Shown: positions 35,610 to 49,236, numbered from the stretch's first letter. The stretch: DNA of 64,000 bases from Eledone cirrhosa (GCA_964016885.1 OZ024750.1:5456001-5520000); one strand, 5' to 3'. Numbers and translations are program-made. The notes: generated by a model not told the origin, from the letters alone.

Positions 35610-36180
35610 GGCATGATTTAAAATCATGAACAATGTAGAGTAATATATGTGATTAGTGATTCAATTTTGATTTCCAATAGCAGTCACTTTATTTCATGTC
35701 TGTCAGTAATGGTACAACTTCATTTCTCTGTTTCTATATAAACCATTCTAACTCAAACATGAATCACAATTTTATAGACATGATAAATGCACCCAGTACA
35801 CCCAGTAAAGTAGTTGGTAATAGGAAGGGCACCCACCCAGCCATAGGAAATTAGAGGGTATATGGGGAAAAGTTAAGTAACAGTTTCGAAATAAATATCT
35901 GAAATTAAATGAAACTGTGTTTCAGAATATTCCCCCACCAAACCATCAGCTTAATAAAAATTGATGACAGCAGCAGAAATAACAACAACAATGGCTTCTA
36001 ACTTTGGTATTAGCTGAGGTCATTATCACTAATTTTCTTAACCCTGCAGTAATGAAGTTAATGTAAACCCTAATGGGTTTTAAATTCATTTAAAACATTT
36101 ACATATTAAGAGGCATGCCCAAATTGGTAACAATTTTGACTGCACCAAAAATAAATTAAGTAATATACACATACATAAGA

Positions 36181-36480
36181 GGAGGCACGTGGTCTAGTGG
36201 TAAGGGTGTTGGACTTACGATCATAATGTCGCGGGTTTGATTCCTGGACTGGGTTGCGTGTTGTGTTCTTGAGCAAAACACTTCATTTCACATTACTCCA
36301 GTATACTCAGCTGAAAAGGAGTACCAGCAATAGCTGGGGGTTTAATCCTGTAAAGGACTGGCACTCTGTTCAGGTGGGGGAGATGGGGGACTTGTACTTT
36401 CAGTTGCTTCACACAATGGAAACCAGGATAAACACCAGCCTTACGAGCCTCTGTGCTCGAGAGAGACTTTAGACTTTAGA
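36181..36480 (+). mobile_element. SINE family F, uninterrupted
   Basis: GGAGGCACGTGGTCTAGTGG (A box), GGTTTGATTCC (B box), CORE-like TTCTTGAGCAAAACACTT, and a tail ending in repeated GACTTTA. Confidence 0.8.
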
Positions 36481-37107
36481 AACATACAAAGAATAAAGGA
36501 TATAACAAGACTAGAAGTAGAATTCTGGGACATACTTATTTAGATGGACAAATAAATTAAGACAAGAAGAAGAATTCTGGGACATATTTATCTAGATGGA
36601 CAAATAAATTAAGACAAATTACACAGAAGATATTTTGAAGGAGTGTACAAACAATAACAATAATTGGCAAGTTGTGTATAATAAAAAAAAGAATAAGAAT
36701 AAGAATAAAAAATCTAAGCACAATACCAAAGTTCGCAACACTGCACACAATCCCCCAAAACTACATAATTTGGCACGGCAACACATATTTCTCGAAGGTC
36801 ATTTACAACACAAAGAATACAACTTATACAAGACACATTCTAAGAAGAAACCCTCCATATAATAACATAACATAAAATACAAAAACATAACTAAAAGGAA
36901 CACTAGTACAACAAAAAAACAAAACAAAAAAAACTGCTAGTTTAGCAGTAATTTAACCACTAACAAAAATATAATACTGTATACTACAAAGTAGAGATGT
37001 ACTTGTTTGTTACAGCAAAAACTGCAGATGACAAAGTAGTAGTGCAACATAAAAGTAAGTTCTGATTAGATACAAGAAGACTAATTGCTGTTGAAGATGT
37101 ATTAAGT

Positions 37108-37210
37108 TAGCAGTGGAGACTTCTGGTGTTTTAGTAAACAGTGGAGACTTCTGGTGCTATTGGCCTTAGGACCACCTGCTTATGCACCACCATTAGCACA
37201 GATGCTCCAA
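37108..37210 (+). mobile_element. CRE-clade RLE fragment
   Basis: GCAGTGGAGACTTCTGGTG (AVETSG, duplicated) and TGGCCTTAGGACCACC...CACCACCATTAGCACAGA match 4434-4492. Confidence 0.55.
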
Positions 37211-37345
37211 AAAGGACCTCATGATGTGAGAGAATTGAGAAAGAGAGTGTAGTTTAAAGGAAGAATTGACCCCAGTAGTGTACTGGTACTTTATATATAT
37301 ACATATATATGACATGATATTAACATTATAATAAATAATAAATGA

Positions 37346-37401
37346 TGTCCCACCCTTGCAAGCAGGGAAAAGCGGACGTAAAATGATGATGATGATGATG
37401 A
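37346..37401 (+). mobile_element. Isolated young RTE 3' tip
   Basis: GTCCCACCCTTGCAAGCAGGGAAAAGCGGACGTAAAATGATG is identical to 17508-17549. Confidence 0.85.
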
Positions 37402-38237
37402 TTTCATCTAAAGATTCTACTTTTTCAAACTTTCAACTTAGTCTGTCCAACCCTTAACCAAAACTAAAAAGTTTGTGGCATGGAAGAAAAAAAAAAAACC
37501 TATCTTATGACGATTTTTTTATGAAAGTCTTTTAAGACTGAAAATTTGGAATAAATCAATGTTTTAATTCCTTAAACACATTGTCTGGGCTTTTAATTAT
37601 TTATAATTTTTACAACAAAAGCATGTTTTTTTAAAGACTTTTCTTTACAAGCCAGAAGAGTGTCTGAATAAAAAAGTGATCAGTACTGGACAGGCTCTTA
37701 TTTATCGACCTCGAAAGGACGAAAGGCAAAGTAGATCACCATAAAATTCGAACTCAAAGCAAAAGAGAGCTAGAACAGATACTCGAAAAGCTTGTTATCT
37801 GACATTCTAACAACTCTGCCAATTTGCCATTTTATATGCATGTTTGTGTTTATTAAAAGAATTGAGTTATATGAATGGATGTCAAAATAAATGAGTGAAT
37901 AAGAATACCAATCAGTTATTTATATACTTCTATAAATAATATACTAAAACAACCTCCTATTTATATTACATTTTCTGGATTTTTACCATAACATTATTAC
38001 TGTTGTGGTTGCTACTGCTGCTGATATTATTACAACATTACAACATACCCCTAGCAAGTGTAGTTATACTAGTGGTCATCTTGGTGGTGGTGTTGGTCAC
38101 CTTGAGGGTGGTGGTAGTAATAGTACTAGTGGTGATGGTGGTGGTAGTAGTAGTAGTGGCAGTAGTATTGGTCATGGTAGTGGTGGTGGTAGTAACACTA
38201 CTACTACTACTACTACTACTACTATTACTACTAGTAG

Positions 38238-38328
38238 TGAGTGCTGGGTGCTTTTTTTCCTTGGTGCCTACACGTCCACTTTACAGTGTGGGCTGGGTGC
38301 TTTTTTGCCGCGGCACCTCCACGACCAA
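38238..38328 (-). mobile_element. SINE family A internal fragment (two ~40-bp units)
   Basis: Reverse complement of 40275-40365. Confidence 0.7.
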
Positions 38329-38965
38329 GTAACATTATTCGATAAAGTGCGTAGCTCAGAGATTAGAGAGTTACTCCAGGTAGAGCCACTACTTCTCTGA
38401 ATGGAGAGATCACAGCTCCGATACTATGGACATGGGATTAGAATGTCTCAGGAAAGAATCACTGGAGAGACATTCCAGGTAGAGCCTCTACTTCTCTGAA
38501 TGGCGAGATCACAGCTCCGATACTATGGACATGGGATTAGAATGTCTCAGGAAAGAATCACTGGAGAGACACTCCAGGTAGAGCTGCTACTTCTCTGAAT
38601 GGAGAGATCACAGCTCCGATACTATGGACATGGAATTAGAATGTCTCAGGAAAGAATCACTGCAGAGACACTCCAGGTAGAGCTGCTACTTCTCTGAATT
38701 GAGAGATCACAGCTCCGATACTATGGACATGGGGTTAGAATGTCTCAGGAAAGAATCGCTGGACAGATTTTTACGGGCAAAAACCAACTGGCAGGAGACC
38801 CAGGGGTAGATCCCCGAGCAAGATGGTTGGATAACATCCATGAGCTTGGCTGGTCTTGCTTGGGGATCCAGCCAGATCAGTTGGAGATGGTTGCTTCTGA
38901 CAGGACCCACTGGAAGGAGTTTTTGAGGACTCTGCCCTCCCATGACCTTTGCAGGAATAAATGGG
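38329..38965 (+). pseudogene. Second RTE family (Expander/REX3-like) 3' end with four tandem copies of a 99-bp unit
   Basis: Encodes VTLFDKVRSSEIRELLQVEPLLL*MERSQLRYYGH..RM. Units start at 38374, 38473, 38572 and 38671. Single-unit relative at 41470-41735; 3' tip at 57970-58100. Confidence 0.8.
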
Positions 38966-39775
38966 CAAAGAAGAAGAGAAGAAGAAGCACAAGTCACATA
39001 TTTATCTATTTTGACATATTACTGGTAGTTATTTTATCAAGGCCCAGAGAGATGATAGATAAAGCCAATGATTTGAACTCCTAGCATAGTGTGGGTGGGG
39101 TTATGATAATGAGGAGGTTGTGTGAAACTAAATAGTATACAACATCTAGACTGGCTTTTTACCAACTTTTTAGCAATCCACCCCCTTCCATTTCAAGTTT
39201 TATTAGAGATGATGTTGTTGGAGGTGGTGGTAATGGTGGTGGTGATGGTGTTGGTGGTGATGGTGGTTTTGGTGGTGGTGGTTACTATACTGGAGTTGGA
39301 CAACTGTGTTCCTCTGTATTTTTGTTGTTCTGATTTACAGTAGAGAATATATAAGTAATAGGATTGGCAGAAGTGAAAGTGATAAAGCAGCAACAACAAC
39401 AGCAACAACATATAACACATTGCTGCCCACACCTCACCTAAATTTTCAAATTCAAAACAAGGATCTTCAGAATTTAACCACACTTGTGACCAATTATATA
39501 TATATAGGTCAGATGATTATAGAGGTGAATGAGTCAGATGGCCTCTTTTTCTTTTGAGGTGTGTTTAACCAATCCATGAATGGAGCAAATTCTAGTTTAA
39601 CCAATAACAAACAAACAAACAAATAAATAAATATATATACATACACATACACACACATGCCACAACATATCTTCCAATCAAATAACAACTTAGCAGTATG
39701 ACCCAACACCATTCTACACACACACACACACATATATATTGTTATACTTTGGGAGGGTAATGTTGTCACCCACCA

Positions 39776-39920
39776 AAGTTTATCCTGGGTTCAATCGGGG
39801 GAGGGGGGGGGGACCACAGTAAGTAAAGTACTCAATACATAACACACTATAAATGTTTAATATAGAAAAGGCTTCTTCAGGACTAGAACTGTTTCATTCG
39901 GGAGAAATCATCAGGAAATC
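39776..39920 (-). mobile_element. Second copy of the hammerhead-bearing element at 10703
   Basis: The minus strand reads TTCCTGATGATTTCTCCCGAATGAAACAGTTCTAGTCCTGAAGAAGCC, with the cleavage triplet mutated to GAA. It abuts (TA)n. Confidence 0.65.
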
Positions 39921-40043
<123 letters not shown>

Positions 40044-40046
40044 GTA

Positions 40047-40091
<45 letters not shown>

Positions 40092-40092
<1 letters not shown>

Positions 40093-40459
40093 GAAGGCAC
40101 ATGGCTTAGTGGTTAGAGCATTGGGCTTGCAATCGAAAGGTTGTGAGTTCAATTCTCAGACCGGGTGATGTGTTGTTTCCTTGAGCAAGACACTTTATTT
40201 CACATTGCTCCAGTTTACTCAGCTGTAGAAATGAGATGATAGTGACTGGGGTCTCTATCATTCCACTGCAAAAGTGGTCGTGGAGGTGCCACGGCAAAAA
40301 AACACCCAGCCCACACTGTAAAGTGGACATGTAGGCGCCACAGAAAAAAAGCACCCAGCACTCACTGTAAATGAGGTTGGTGTTAGGAAGGGCATCCAGC
40401 TGTAGAAATCAAGCCAGAATCAGTTTCCGTCCCACCCTTTCAAGCAGAGAAAAGCGGAC
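40092..40459 (+). mobile_element. Full-length SINE family A (two internal units), inserted in (TA)n
   Basis: tRNA head, CORE-like domain, GGAAGGGCATCCAGCTG segment, RTE tail and (ATG)n. Confidence 0.9.
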
Positions 40460-40859
40460 ATAAAATGATGATGATGATGATATATATATATGTGGTGTGG
40501 TAAATAAATATATACATTACAGCAGTATACAAGGAGCATTGTGAGAGGATATGGGATTATTGTGGGAAAGCTAGGACCACCATTCTACACATATATATAC
40601 ACATGGCATATAGGTATATATATGTATCATATATGTGGTGTGGTAAATAAATATATACATATACAGCAGTATATAAGAAGCATGGAGAGATGATATAAGA
40701 TTATTTTGGGAAAGCTAGTACAACAATGTAAATTAGAAATACAAGAATGAAAACTAGAGTGAAGTAAAGAAAATGAAACAAAACAAACAGCTTATCCTTT
40801 TACCTTATATTTCATGATATTTTGAGGTTAGGGTATCTTTTTCAAAGGAATTGTAGTGT

Positions 40860-41462
40860 GATGATGACAGTGAACATCACTCTACTATATAAAACAATGG
40901 GTAACAAATGAGGTAGTAAGATGAAAAGCAGGCTGACAGAGGAGGAAGGTATCATATATGACTGGTACACAAGGAGCAGGTAAAATAAGAGCACATGTGA
41001 AATATATTCTTTCAAATGCTCAGAAGTAGTTGACAGCTTTTTGTTTGTTTTTTTTTACTCGGCTAACCTAATTAGCAGTTAAGGTGGGTGCCTGGAAAGC
41101 CTAATAATCAGAAGAAGAAGGTGGAAAAAGATTTAAGGAACTGTTACCTCTTACAGCTAGAAAAGGATCTTCTCATTTAGTGAAGAGTAGATTGTATGAC
41201 TCTTGTATACAAAATGATGTGTTGCATGGTAATGATATGTGAGCATTGAATGTGGAGACTGGGAAGAAATGAAGTATCCATGTTCTACTGTATAATGTTA
41301 GTGTGGAAATGAAATGCCCAAATAATCCAAGAGAAAAAGTGGATATAAGCAAAATTAGATATAGTGTGCAAGAGAAGAAACTGCACTGCTACAGACATGA
41401 TATATATATGGCAGAAGACAGCTGTATAAAGAGGGGCCAAGTGATTTAAATGGAAGGGAACC
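40860..41462 (+). pseudogene. Degraded RTE LINE RT-C fragment
   Basis: Colinear with 16740-17390 (GGTGGAAAAAGATTTAAGGAACTGTTACCTCT). Confidence 0.65.
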
Positions 41463-41465
41463 GAA

Positions 41466-41735
41466 GGGTCTTTGGAGTAACATTACTCGATAGAGTGCAG
41501 AGCTCGGATATCAGAGTGTCACTCCAGGTAGAGTCGCTACTTCTCTGAATTGAGAGATCACAGTTCCGATACTATGGGTTAGAATGTCTCAGGAAAGAAT
41601 CACTGGACAGATTTTACAGGCAAAAACCAACTGGCAGGAGACCCAGCTGGATCAGTTGGAGACAGTTGCTTCTGACAGGACCCACTAGAACGAGTGTTTG
41701 AGCACTCTGCCCCCATGACTCTCTCAGGAATAAGT
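41466..41735 (+). pseudogene. Expander-like RTE 3' fragment, single unit
   Basis: GVTLLDRVQSSDIRVSLQVESLLL*IERSQFRYYG. Confidence 0.75.
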
Positions 41736-41965
41736 GCACATGAAATTGATATGTAAGTGGCTAAGGATTCCACTGACACATGTACCATTAATATAGTCAT
41801 CAAGGAGATTCAAAGTTACACAGGGTGGGTGTGACAAGGTTGGTCCTATGAATTAGAGGTGCAGTCAATTTTTGCCAGCTGAACAGACTGGAGCAATGTG
41901 AAATAAAGTGTCTTGCTTAAGGACACAATGTGTTGAAGAGAATCAAACTCACAATCATAAGATAG
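41735..41965 (-). mobile_element. SINE family D
   Basis: CTGGAGCAATGTGAAATAAAGTGTCTTGCT plus family D tail motifs. Confidence 0.6.
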
Positions 41966-42789
41966 TAAGCTTCACACACACAGACACACACATATATGGA
42001 TACACACACAAACATGTTTAAATATGTTTTCATTGGCAGAAACTCAAAACATAACACCATCTGATCACCGAATGTGTACAAGTTGAGCACGTTTTGCTTA
42101 TTGAAGCAAGAAATTATTTATTGTTTTGAGAACAACAACAACAAAAATAATTGGAAAAGTAGAAAGTAGTTTATCAGGAATGTTATGGAGAAACTTATTG
42201 AACTGTCGAGAGAGAGAACTCTGATAGATTTAGGAATGATAGAGGAAACATAACTTAGATGTGTTGGTGCTATGAAAAAATGAACCCAATACATACAATA
42301 AAGTGATTGGTGATAGGACAGACATCCAGCTGTAGAAACCATGTGAAAAAAAGGGTTGAGAGGATTCTTCAGTTGTATCAAAGGGACAACAACCTCTCTA
42401 GTGTTGGTGTTACCATAAAACACGCTCAGTACACTCTCTAAAGTGATTGATGATAAGAAGGCGTCCAGACGTCCAGCTGTAGATAACTTACCAAACAAAG
42501 GGTCAAAAAGACTCTTCTGTTGTGTCAAAGACACGATAACTTCCCTTGTGTTGGCACCATGATAATATGCACCTAGTGTACTCTGTAGATTACAGGAACA
42601 CATGTAAGCAAGATGTACCCCTCCTCCATCCTGGCCCATCTGAGAAGTCAGTGGTTCTGATTAAGTACTAACTTAGACTATGATGACCTATAAAACTCTT
42701 GTTCACAGGGAAAACAGTTAAATGATGATGGTTTGGTGATGATTGTATATTTATTATAAACTGCCACTCTAATTGTATAGAATGGAATT

Positions 42790-43050
42790 TTTGTTTAGAG
42801 GGAAGAGTGGGTTAAGACTACTTTATATTATTGTTTAGAGGGAAAAGTGGGTTAATATTGTTCTATCATTGTTTAGAGGAAGAGTGGGCTAACATTTTTC
42901 TATCATTGTTTAGAGGCGAAAAGTGGGCTAACATTCCTCTATCATTGTTTAGAGGGGAAAAGTGGGCTAACATTCCTCTATCATTGTTTAGAGGGGAAAA
43001 GTGGGCTAACATTCCTCTATTATTGTTTAGAGGAAGAGTGGGCTAACATT
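42790..43050. repeat. 39-bp minisatellite (TGTTTAGAGGGGAAAAGTGGGCTAACATTCCTCTATCAT)
   Basis: About 6.5 tandem units, homogeneous in the centre and diverged at the edges. Confidence 0.9.
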
Positions 43051-45044
43051 GTTGTATTATTAAATATTTACACAAACAGAAGATGACCTTTCAGCATGTA
43101 AAATTTCTGTTTTTTAACAAGTAATAACATTATAAAATACTACTAACTATATAACACTAGGTGTATAAAATACTACTAACTATACAACATTAGGAGGGTG
43201 TATAAAATACTAACTATACAACATTAGAATGTATAAAACTACTTTTAGTATAAAACTACATTTAAATCATTAAATCAGTAACAAAAGTAAAGACCAAATT
43301 GTTTTGGAAAAGGTGAGAAACAAATTAAATTATATTCAATTTGATAAATAAATTAAAACAAACAGAAAAGAAATGAAAATGAAATTAAAATATATAATTG
43401 CATACATACATTGTGTGTTGTGTATATATATACATATATATATATATATACACATACACATATATTTATACACATATATATACATACATATATCTATCTA
43501 TGTGTTTATATAAATACATACACACACACACACACACATATATATATTATATACATAGATGCAAATATGCATACACATACATACATACACGCGCACACAC
43601 ACATACATACACACACACACACACTGGAGAAAGAATGAAAACTGGTGATTACTTGGTGATGAAGAATTTCAGTAAAGTCCAGACTTAGAAAAAAATGTGA
43701 GTTGTTCTGCTCGAAATAGGTTGAACATTGCATCAGAAACAAAAATTGCATTTGAGACAAAACTGAAACTACCATAACTCACAGCTAGAAAGGAGTGGAA
43801 ATGGATTTTTTTTTATAATTTTTATTTATTTATTTATTACTAGCAGAGCAGTACTAATTTGAAGGTGTGTATGTCTCAATGCTTATGGTGTTCAGCTTGT
43901 GGCTGTAAGGTGATGAGTTTGATTCTAAGTAAACTGTTGTGTCTTTCAGCAAGTCACATATTTCATGTTTCTTTAGCTCACTCAGTTGACAAAAGAAAAT
44001 GAGTTCTATGTGTAGTTTAAAGTGTAAGTCTTGTCATGTATGGTTACCATAGAAGGACATAACATTTTTTCAGGACTGCATTACGCTACCTAGAGACAGA
44101 TACAGTGATCATTTGGAACAAATATAATAAAAATTGCAATAAAACAAAGACAGCTCAACCATACCATTGCTTTGACTGGATAGTCAGGCGACATTGAAGC
44201 TTACACAGAATTAAAATTGACTCTCAATTGAATACAATCATCAATGTTTTTAATTCCGAAAAGTGTCATGACACAATCCTTTTCTCTTTGATAAAACATT
44301 ACAGGAAAGTAAAAAAAAGAAATAGTCCAGAATCTTCTACTAATCTAAAAAAATTAATACGGTTTGATGTCCTAATGTTCCATTGTTTCACATATTTCCA
44401 TAAATTGTTAAAAGAAGTTTATTTCTCTGATAGCACAATGTATTAATTAATACCATGTTATCAAAAAACTAACAATTAATCGACAATAAAGTATTGTCAA
44501 AAACATAGTGTCAAACAGGTAGGTTTAATGTCGAAATACTAATATGTTTTTTCACACTTCACCTTTGGTCCAGTGTATCTGATATATTTAAGTTAGATGT
44601 CAAATATTTTGTCAAATATTTATAATTATGCTTTATTTACAGTTTAGTATATGATTACTCTTGGCTGACCTGCTCCAGTTTTGTATAAGTGTGTTTGTTT
44701 ATAAATATCAGTGGGTTTTTTTAATACGCAGTTGAACCCTGATTGTGAAGTTATAAATCTAATTTTGTGTTGAATTCTTGTGCTTACATGGTAAATGATG
44801 GTGAAAAAACTTAAAACACTCATAAAATATTAAAAACAGACATTACAAATGCTCCTCAGACACAGAGAATAGCAAACACTGGGTCATGGACAACACTCTA
44901 ACCACTAGACCACATGCCTTCTTCAAGTTGAATTTTTCAGTAAAGACCATATGAGTGTAACACATTAAAAAGGGAAAAGAAACAAGTAAGAAATAGAAAA
45001 CTTTCAGAGAAGTTCAAGAGAAAGTTCAGAGAAAGTTCAGAATA

Positions 45045-45535
45045 ATATGGTTGAAATTCTTCAGCATTCCTCAGACACATGGCCTTCCATAACATAATTC
45101 TCAGGGAAATTCAGTGTGACAGTGTGTGACAAGGTTAGCTCTTTGAATTACAGATACAATATATCTGATGAGTTTCCATGCCTCCCTATAATATAATTCT
45201 CAGGAAGATTCAGTGTGTGTGTGTGAGACAAGCTAGGCTCTTTGAATTACAGGTACAATATATCTGATGAATTTCCATGCCTCCCTATGATATCATTCTC
45301 AGGGAGATTCGGTGTGACATAGTGTGTTAGTGTGTGACAAAGCCGTCTCTTTGAATTAAAGACATAGTATATCTGATGAGTTTCCAAACAGTTTCTACCT
45401 ACCCCAATTTCACTCTCAAGGCTTGGGTTGACCAGAAGCTAGGGTAAATGACACTCCCTCAAGATGTCACATAGTGAGATTGAACCCAGCACCTAATGAT
45501 TGCAAAGCGAACTTCTTAACCATTTGGTCATGCTA
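45045..45535 (-). mobile_element. CORE-like SINE with a triplicated 99-bp segment
   Basis: ATAATTCTCAGG units at 45094, 45193 and 45292. The head complement GATTGAACCC...CTTCTTAACCA is at 45478-45522. Confidence 0.65.
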
Positions 45536-45798
45536 AGTCCACAATGCTTGCACTAATCTTCTTGAACAGTCATAGTTTACATGGTTTGCAGCAATACCCT
45601 TCCTCCTTCAACACAACTATGGCAGTAGTCACATTGAAATTTAACATTGGTAAGCTTCAAGCAATGTGGAAATAGGTTGCCTGATTGTTCTTGATCAAGG
45701 GAAAAGAATCCCTCACCCATGAGCAAAATTCAACTTAATTAGGCATTTAAGTAGGCAACTACCTGCAGACAAAATCTCTAAAATCTCCTATGAAGAAT

Positions 45799-46030
45799 TT
45801 AACCCTATCACTACCATCCCAATGAAAATCCGCCTTGGTTCCAAAGCCACCCATTTTAAAGGTTCATATTTAAATTAAAATCTTCCAACATAATTTCATA
45901 TAAGAACCATATATTAAGTTACTATCTTAGTAATAAAATAATTAATAATTTTAGTAAATCCTTCAAAATTCTACATTAATTAATCAAAATAGAGTTTAGT
46001 TCATTAGAAATATGGTCATAAAAGGGTTAA
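45799..46030. mobile_element. MITE family D
   Basis: TTAA-CCCTATCACTACCA ... TGGTCATAAAAGGG-TTAA. Confidence 0.65.
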
Positions 46031-46788
46031 CTAAAAAAATCCTGTAATGATTTAGTAGATGTTTGAACCAGGTTTATTAATTCAAATATTTATAGCATTT
46101 TTATCAGAGGACAAATTGTTGTAATACATTTATAGTGTTAGAGTAAACCCTTCAATATTTTATGTGATGCAGTCATAGTGCTGGAAGAATATCATGCTAA
46201 GAGGGTTTCAAGTAGTACATAACAAGTTAAAACCTTATAAATGAAAACAGTAATTTCATATAAATTGTATATTTTTGAATTTGTAAATTTAAAGAAGCAT
46301 AATATTTCTCAGAATGAATTTGCTCCCCAATAAGGTATTACACACTTGCAATATTCTCACCTGGCATTCAAATATTTCCCTACCTTGTTCTAGATAGTTG
46401 ATACAACTGGGAAAGAATAAAGACATCAAATAAAGGCTACAGTATCTTTTAGTGTTGTCAACAGACTATCCTGGTATCATTGCTCTGGTGTTTATGTCAC
46501 AATAAAATGCACCCAGTACACTCTGTAAGGTAGTAATGTTGTTGCCATGATAAAATATACCCACTCAACTCAGGATTGATAAAACAAAGTACCAGTAAGG
46601 AACTGGGGTTAATTTAATCAACTTTAAGCCCCTCCAAAAAAATTGTTGACCTTGTGCCTAAAACAGAAACCATTATTTTGTTGAGGCTATCCTATAAGCA
46701 ATTGACAGTGTAATGCACTCTATATCTCTAATCTGAAATTGTAAATTCAAACAATTACATATGTATTTGGTTCAAGTACTGTTATTGT

Positions 46789-47003
46789 TTAATTCTTAAT
46801 GTCCTGTACCGCATGAAACCACATTAGCAAGAAATTATGTGTGCATTACTTACAAAAAATTTAAGTCTTTCCTCTAATACTACACATTTTTATAACTATT
46901 TGTCCACTAGTAAAGATACTATAAACATTTAAATAAACAAACCTATTTTTAGATATTTTCTACTAAAAAAAAAAAAAAATCATTACATGGTATTAAGAGT
47001 TAA
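46789..47003. mobile_element. MITE family E, uninterrupted
   Basis: TTAA-TTCTTAATGTCCTGT ... ACATGGTATTAAGAG-TTAA; colinear with 4901-5357. Confidence 0.65.
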
Positions 47004-47108
47004 AAAACCTTCTTCTATGCTGGTATGGATTAGACATGGCTCCTGTCCAGAATATTACTTGCAAACCACTTAGTCTTTCATTATCTCTCCTGGGGATTAT
47101 CTTTCCTA

Positions 47109-47328
47109 GGGTGGTGGATCGGCAGTAGTAGAGCGTCGGACACTATGCTTTGCAGCATAGAGTTACAATCCTTTATAGTCTGAGTTCAAATCCTGCTGAG
47201 GTTAGCTTTGCCTTTCATCCTTACAGGGGTCGATAAAATAAAGCACTAGTAATGCACTGGGGTCGATTTAATTGATTTTCCCTTCCCCAAAAAATTGTTA
47301 GCCTTGAGCCTAAATCAGAAACCATTAT
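47109..47328 (+). mobile_element. SINE family B, long-tail variant
   Basis: GAGTTCAAATCC B box and the Nin-like motif. Confidence 0.8.
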
Positions 47329-48854
47329 TTCTCTTGTGAGTCTCAGTATCTTGAGATTTAACTCCCTTTTCTTCTGTCAGAGCTCCCCATCACTGACAAC
47401 ACATGCCACTTCTCAGAGCAATATATGATAACTCTATGTGATAACTTCACATGTTAGTAATAGCAGCCAAATATCCCTCAAGTCAAACTTTACCATTTCG
47501 GGAAAAGAAAAGACACAATGGATAATGCCATTCAACAGTGGGCTAGTCATGGCTGGAATGCCTTGGATTATATGTCTGTTTGGTCAGAGTCTTCCTACAA
47601 TTAAACAATGACAACATTATTAACTAAGATTGTAACTAGAATATGACTAATGTATGTTGATCCCATCAACATGTCAGTAACTAAACTGGGTGGACCTGTT
47701 ATTTTCTCTGCTTTTATATCTTGTATTGTTTTACTAACTAAAACTAAGCTCAACAGTAGATTCCTCTGTTAGATACTCTTGGAGTATTCCTTACTCTATT
47801 CCAATCACACCTGGACTATTCTTTCCCTTATCCAAATCATTTATAGAGAAGCCCTTCCCTATCTCAATCATTCATGGAGCAGTCCTTCTCTATCCCAATC
47901 TTCATGGAGCAGTCCTTCCCTACAATACATTAAGTATTCCTTTACTATTCCAGTCATACTTGTAGTAGACCTTTTTTTATACGAAACTATGTGAAACTGC
48001 TCTTGGTTCAACAATACAAAACTGCTTGTTTTACACTGCCATTGCTGAATTCTTGATTATTTTCAAAATTATTTGTAAAACATAGGCAATGTCTTTCAAT
48101 AGAAACATCATGGTAGTGAAAGAGTTAACCAATCAATTATCTTCTATACTTTTCCTCCTCTACTTATATTTTACTTTTATGTTTACCTCGTCCTCTACAT
48201 AAAGTTGCTACCCACTAATCTATGCTGGAGGGGGGTGGGGGTGGCATATATTCTTAACCAGAGAAAGATAGTGTTCACAACCATTAGCTTGTTTAATTTT
48301 CTGGCTGGCACACAGATAATCTGGCTCTCTCACACCCATCTGGTTGGTAGGTTATAAGCTGGCTGGCTAGCTAGTTAGCTGGCCGACTGGCTGGTTTGCT
48401 AGTTAACTGGCTGGTTAGCTGGTTGTCTAGTTGGATAGTTGGCTGTTTATTGGTTAACTAACTGGCTGGCTGGTTAGCTGGCATTCTGATGTTGATTTGA
48501 CAATACAATATATATGACACGTCAATTTAACAATATGACTATTAAAATTGACACATATGACAATTGTGCTGCTTCAAATGCTCAAGTTAACCTATACAGG
48601 AAAGACTACAATAGAATCAATCTGTCATTATAGACCAATTCTACTTGTAAGCTCTCTACTGAGATTACAGATGCTATCATGTTACCTATTACTAGTTTGA
48701 TTTTAATTATTATATAATTATAACTCTTATGTGGTTGATTATTCAGTTTAGCACCACATGGTACTTTGTCTTGACTACTTCCACTCAACTCAATATACTC
48801 AGAAATACAATGGTTGTCTACATTGGCACAAGCCCACACATGTTAAAGGCAAAT

Positions 48855-49236
48855 AATAGTGCTGGTGCCATGACAAAAAGACACCCAGTTCACCTTGAAA
48901 GGTGGTCATGCTGGTGCCATGACAAAAGGCACCCAGTCTACCCTGTAAGGCAGTCATGCTGGTGCTATGACAAAAGGACATCCAGTACACCCTGTAAAGT
49001 GGTCATGCTGGTTCCATGACAAAAGTCACCCAGTAAAGTGGTCATGCTGGTGCCACAACAGAAATAACACAGTTCACCCTATAAAGCCCTCAGCTATAGA
49101 AAACCCAAGCAAAAATAGCTCATACAAGCAAGATGTGGTTACCTGACTAGTCTCACCTCATTATGTGACAGCCTGTCTAACCCATGCAAGCGTGGAAAAT
49201 AGATGTTAAACGGAGATGATGATGATGATGATGATG
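48855..49236 (+). mobile_element. SINE family A 3' part with about 6 internal units, older RTE tail
   Basis: GCTGGTGCCATGACAAAA.G.CACCCAGT repeats, then CTGTCTAACCCATGCAAGCGTGG and (GAT)n. Confidence 0.7.

Noticed and set aside
40092-40165. tRNA-like sequences with A and B boxes (also 36181, 23165, 47109)
   Set aside because: These are SINE heads that run into SINE bodies; no complete cloverleaf or acceptor stem.
42118-42639. 173-aa minus-strand ORF
   Set aside because: Overlaps degraded SINE family A-like repeats; no protein motifs.
42790-43050. Regular 39-bp repeats (also 21440-21805 and 48855-49085) resembling a CRISPR array
   Set aside because: Head-to-tail units with no unique spacers, no cas genes, and a eukaryotic context.
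45160-45395. Three CTGATGA motifs in tandem units as possible hammerheads
   Set aside because: No downstream stem II plus GAAA or matching stem I; part of a SINE duplication.
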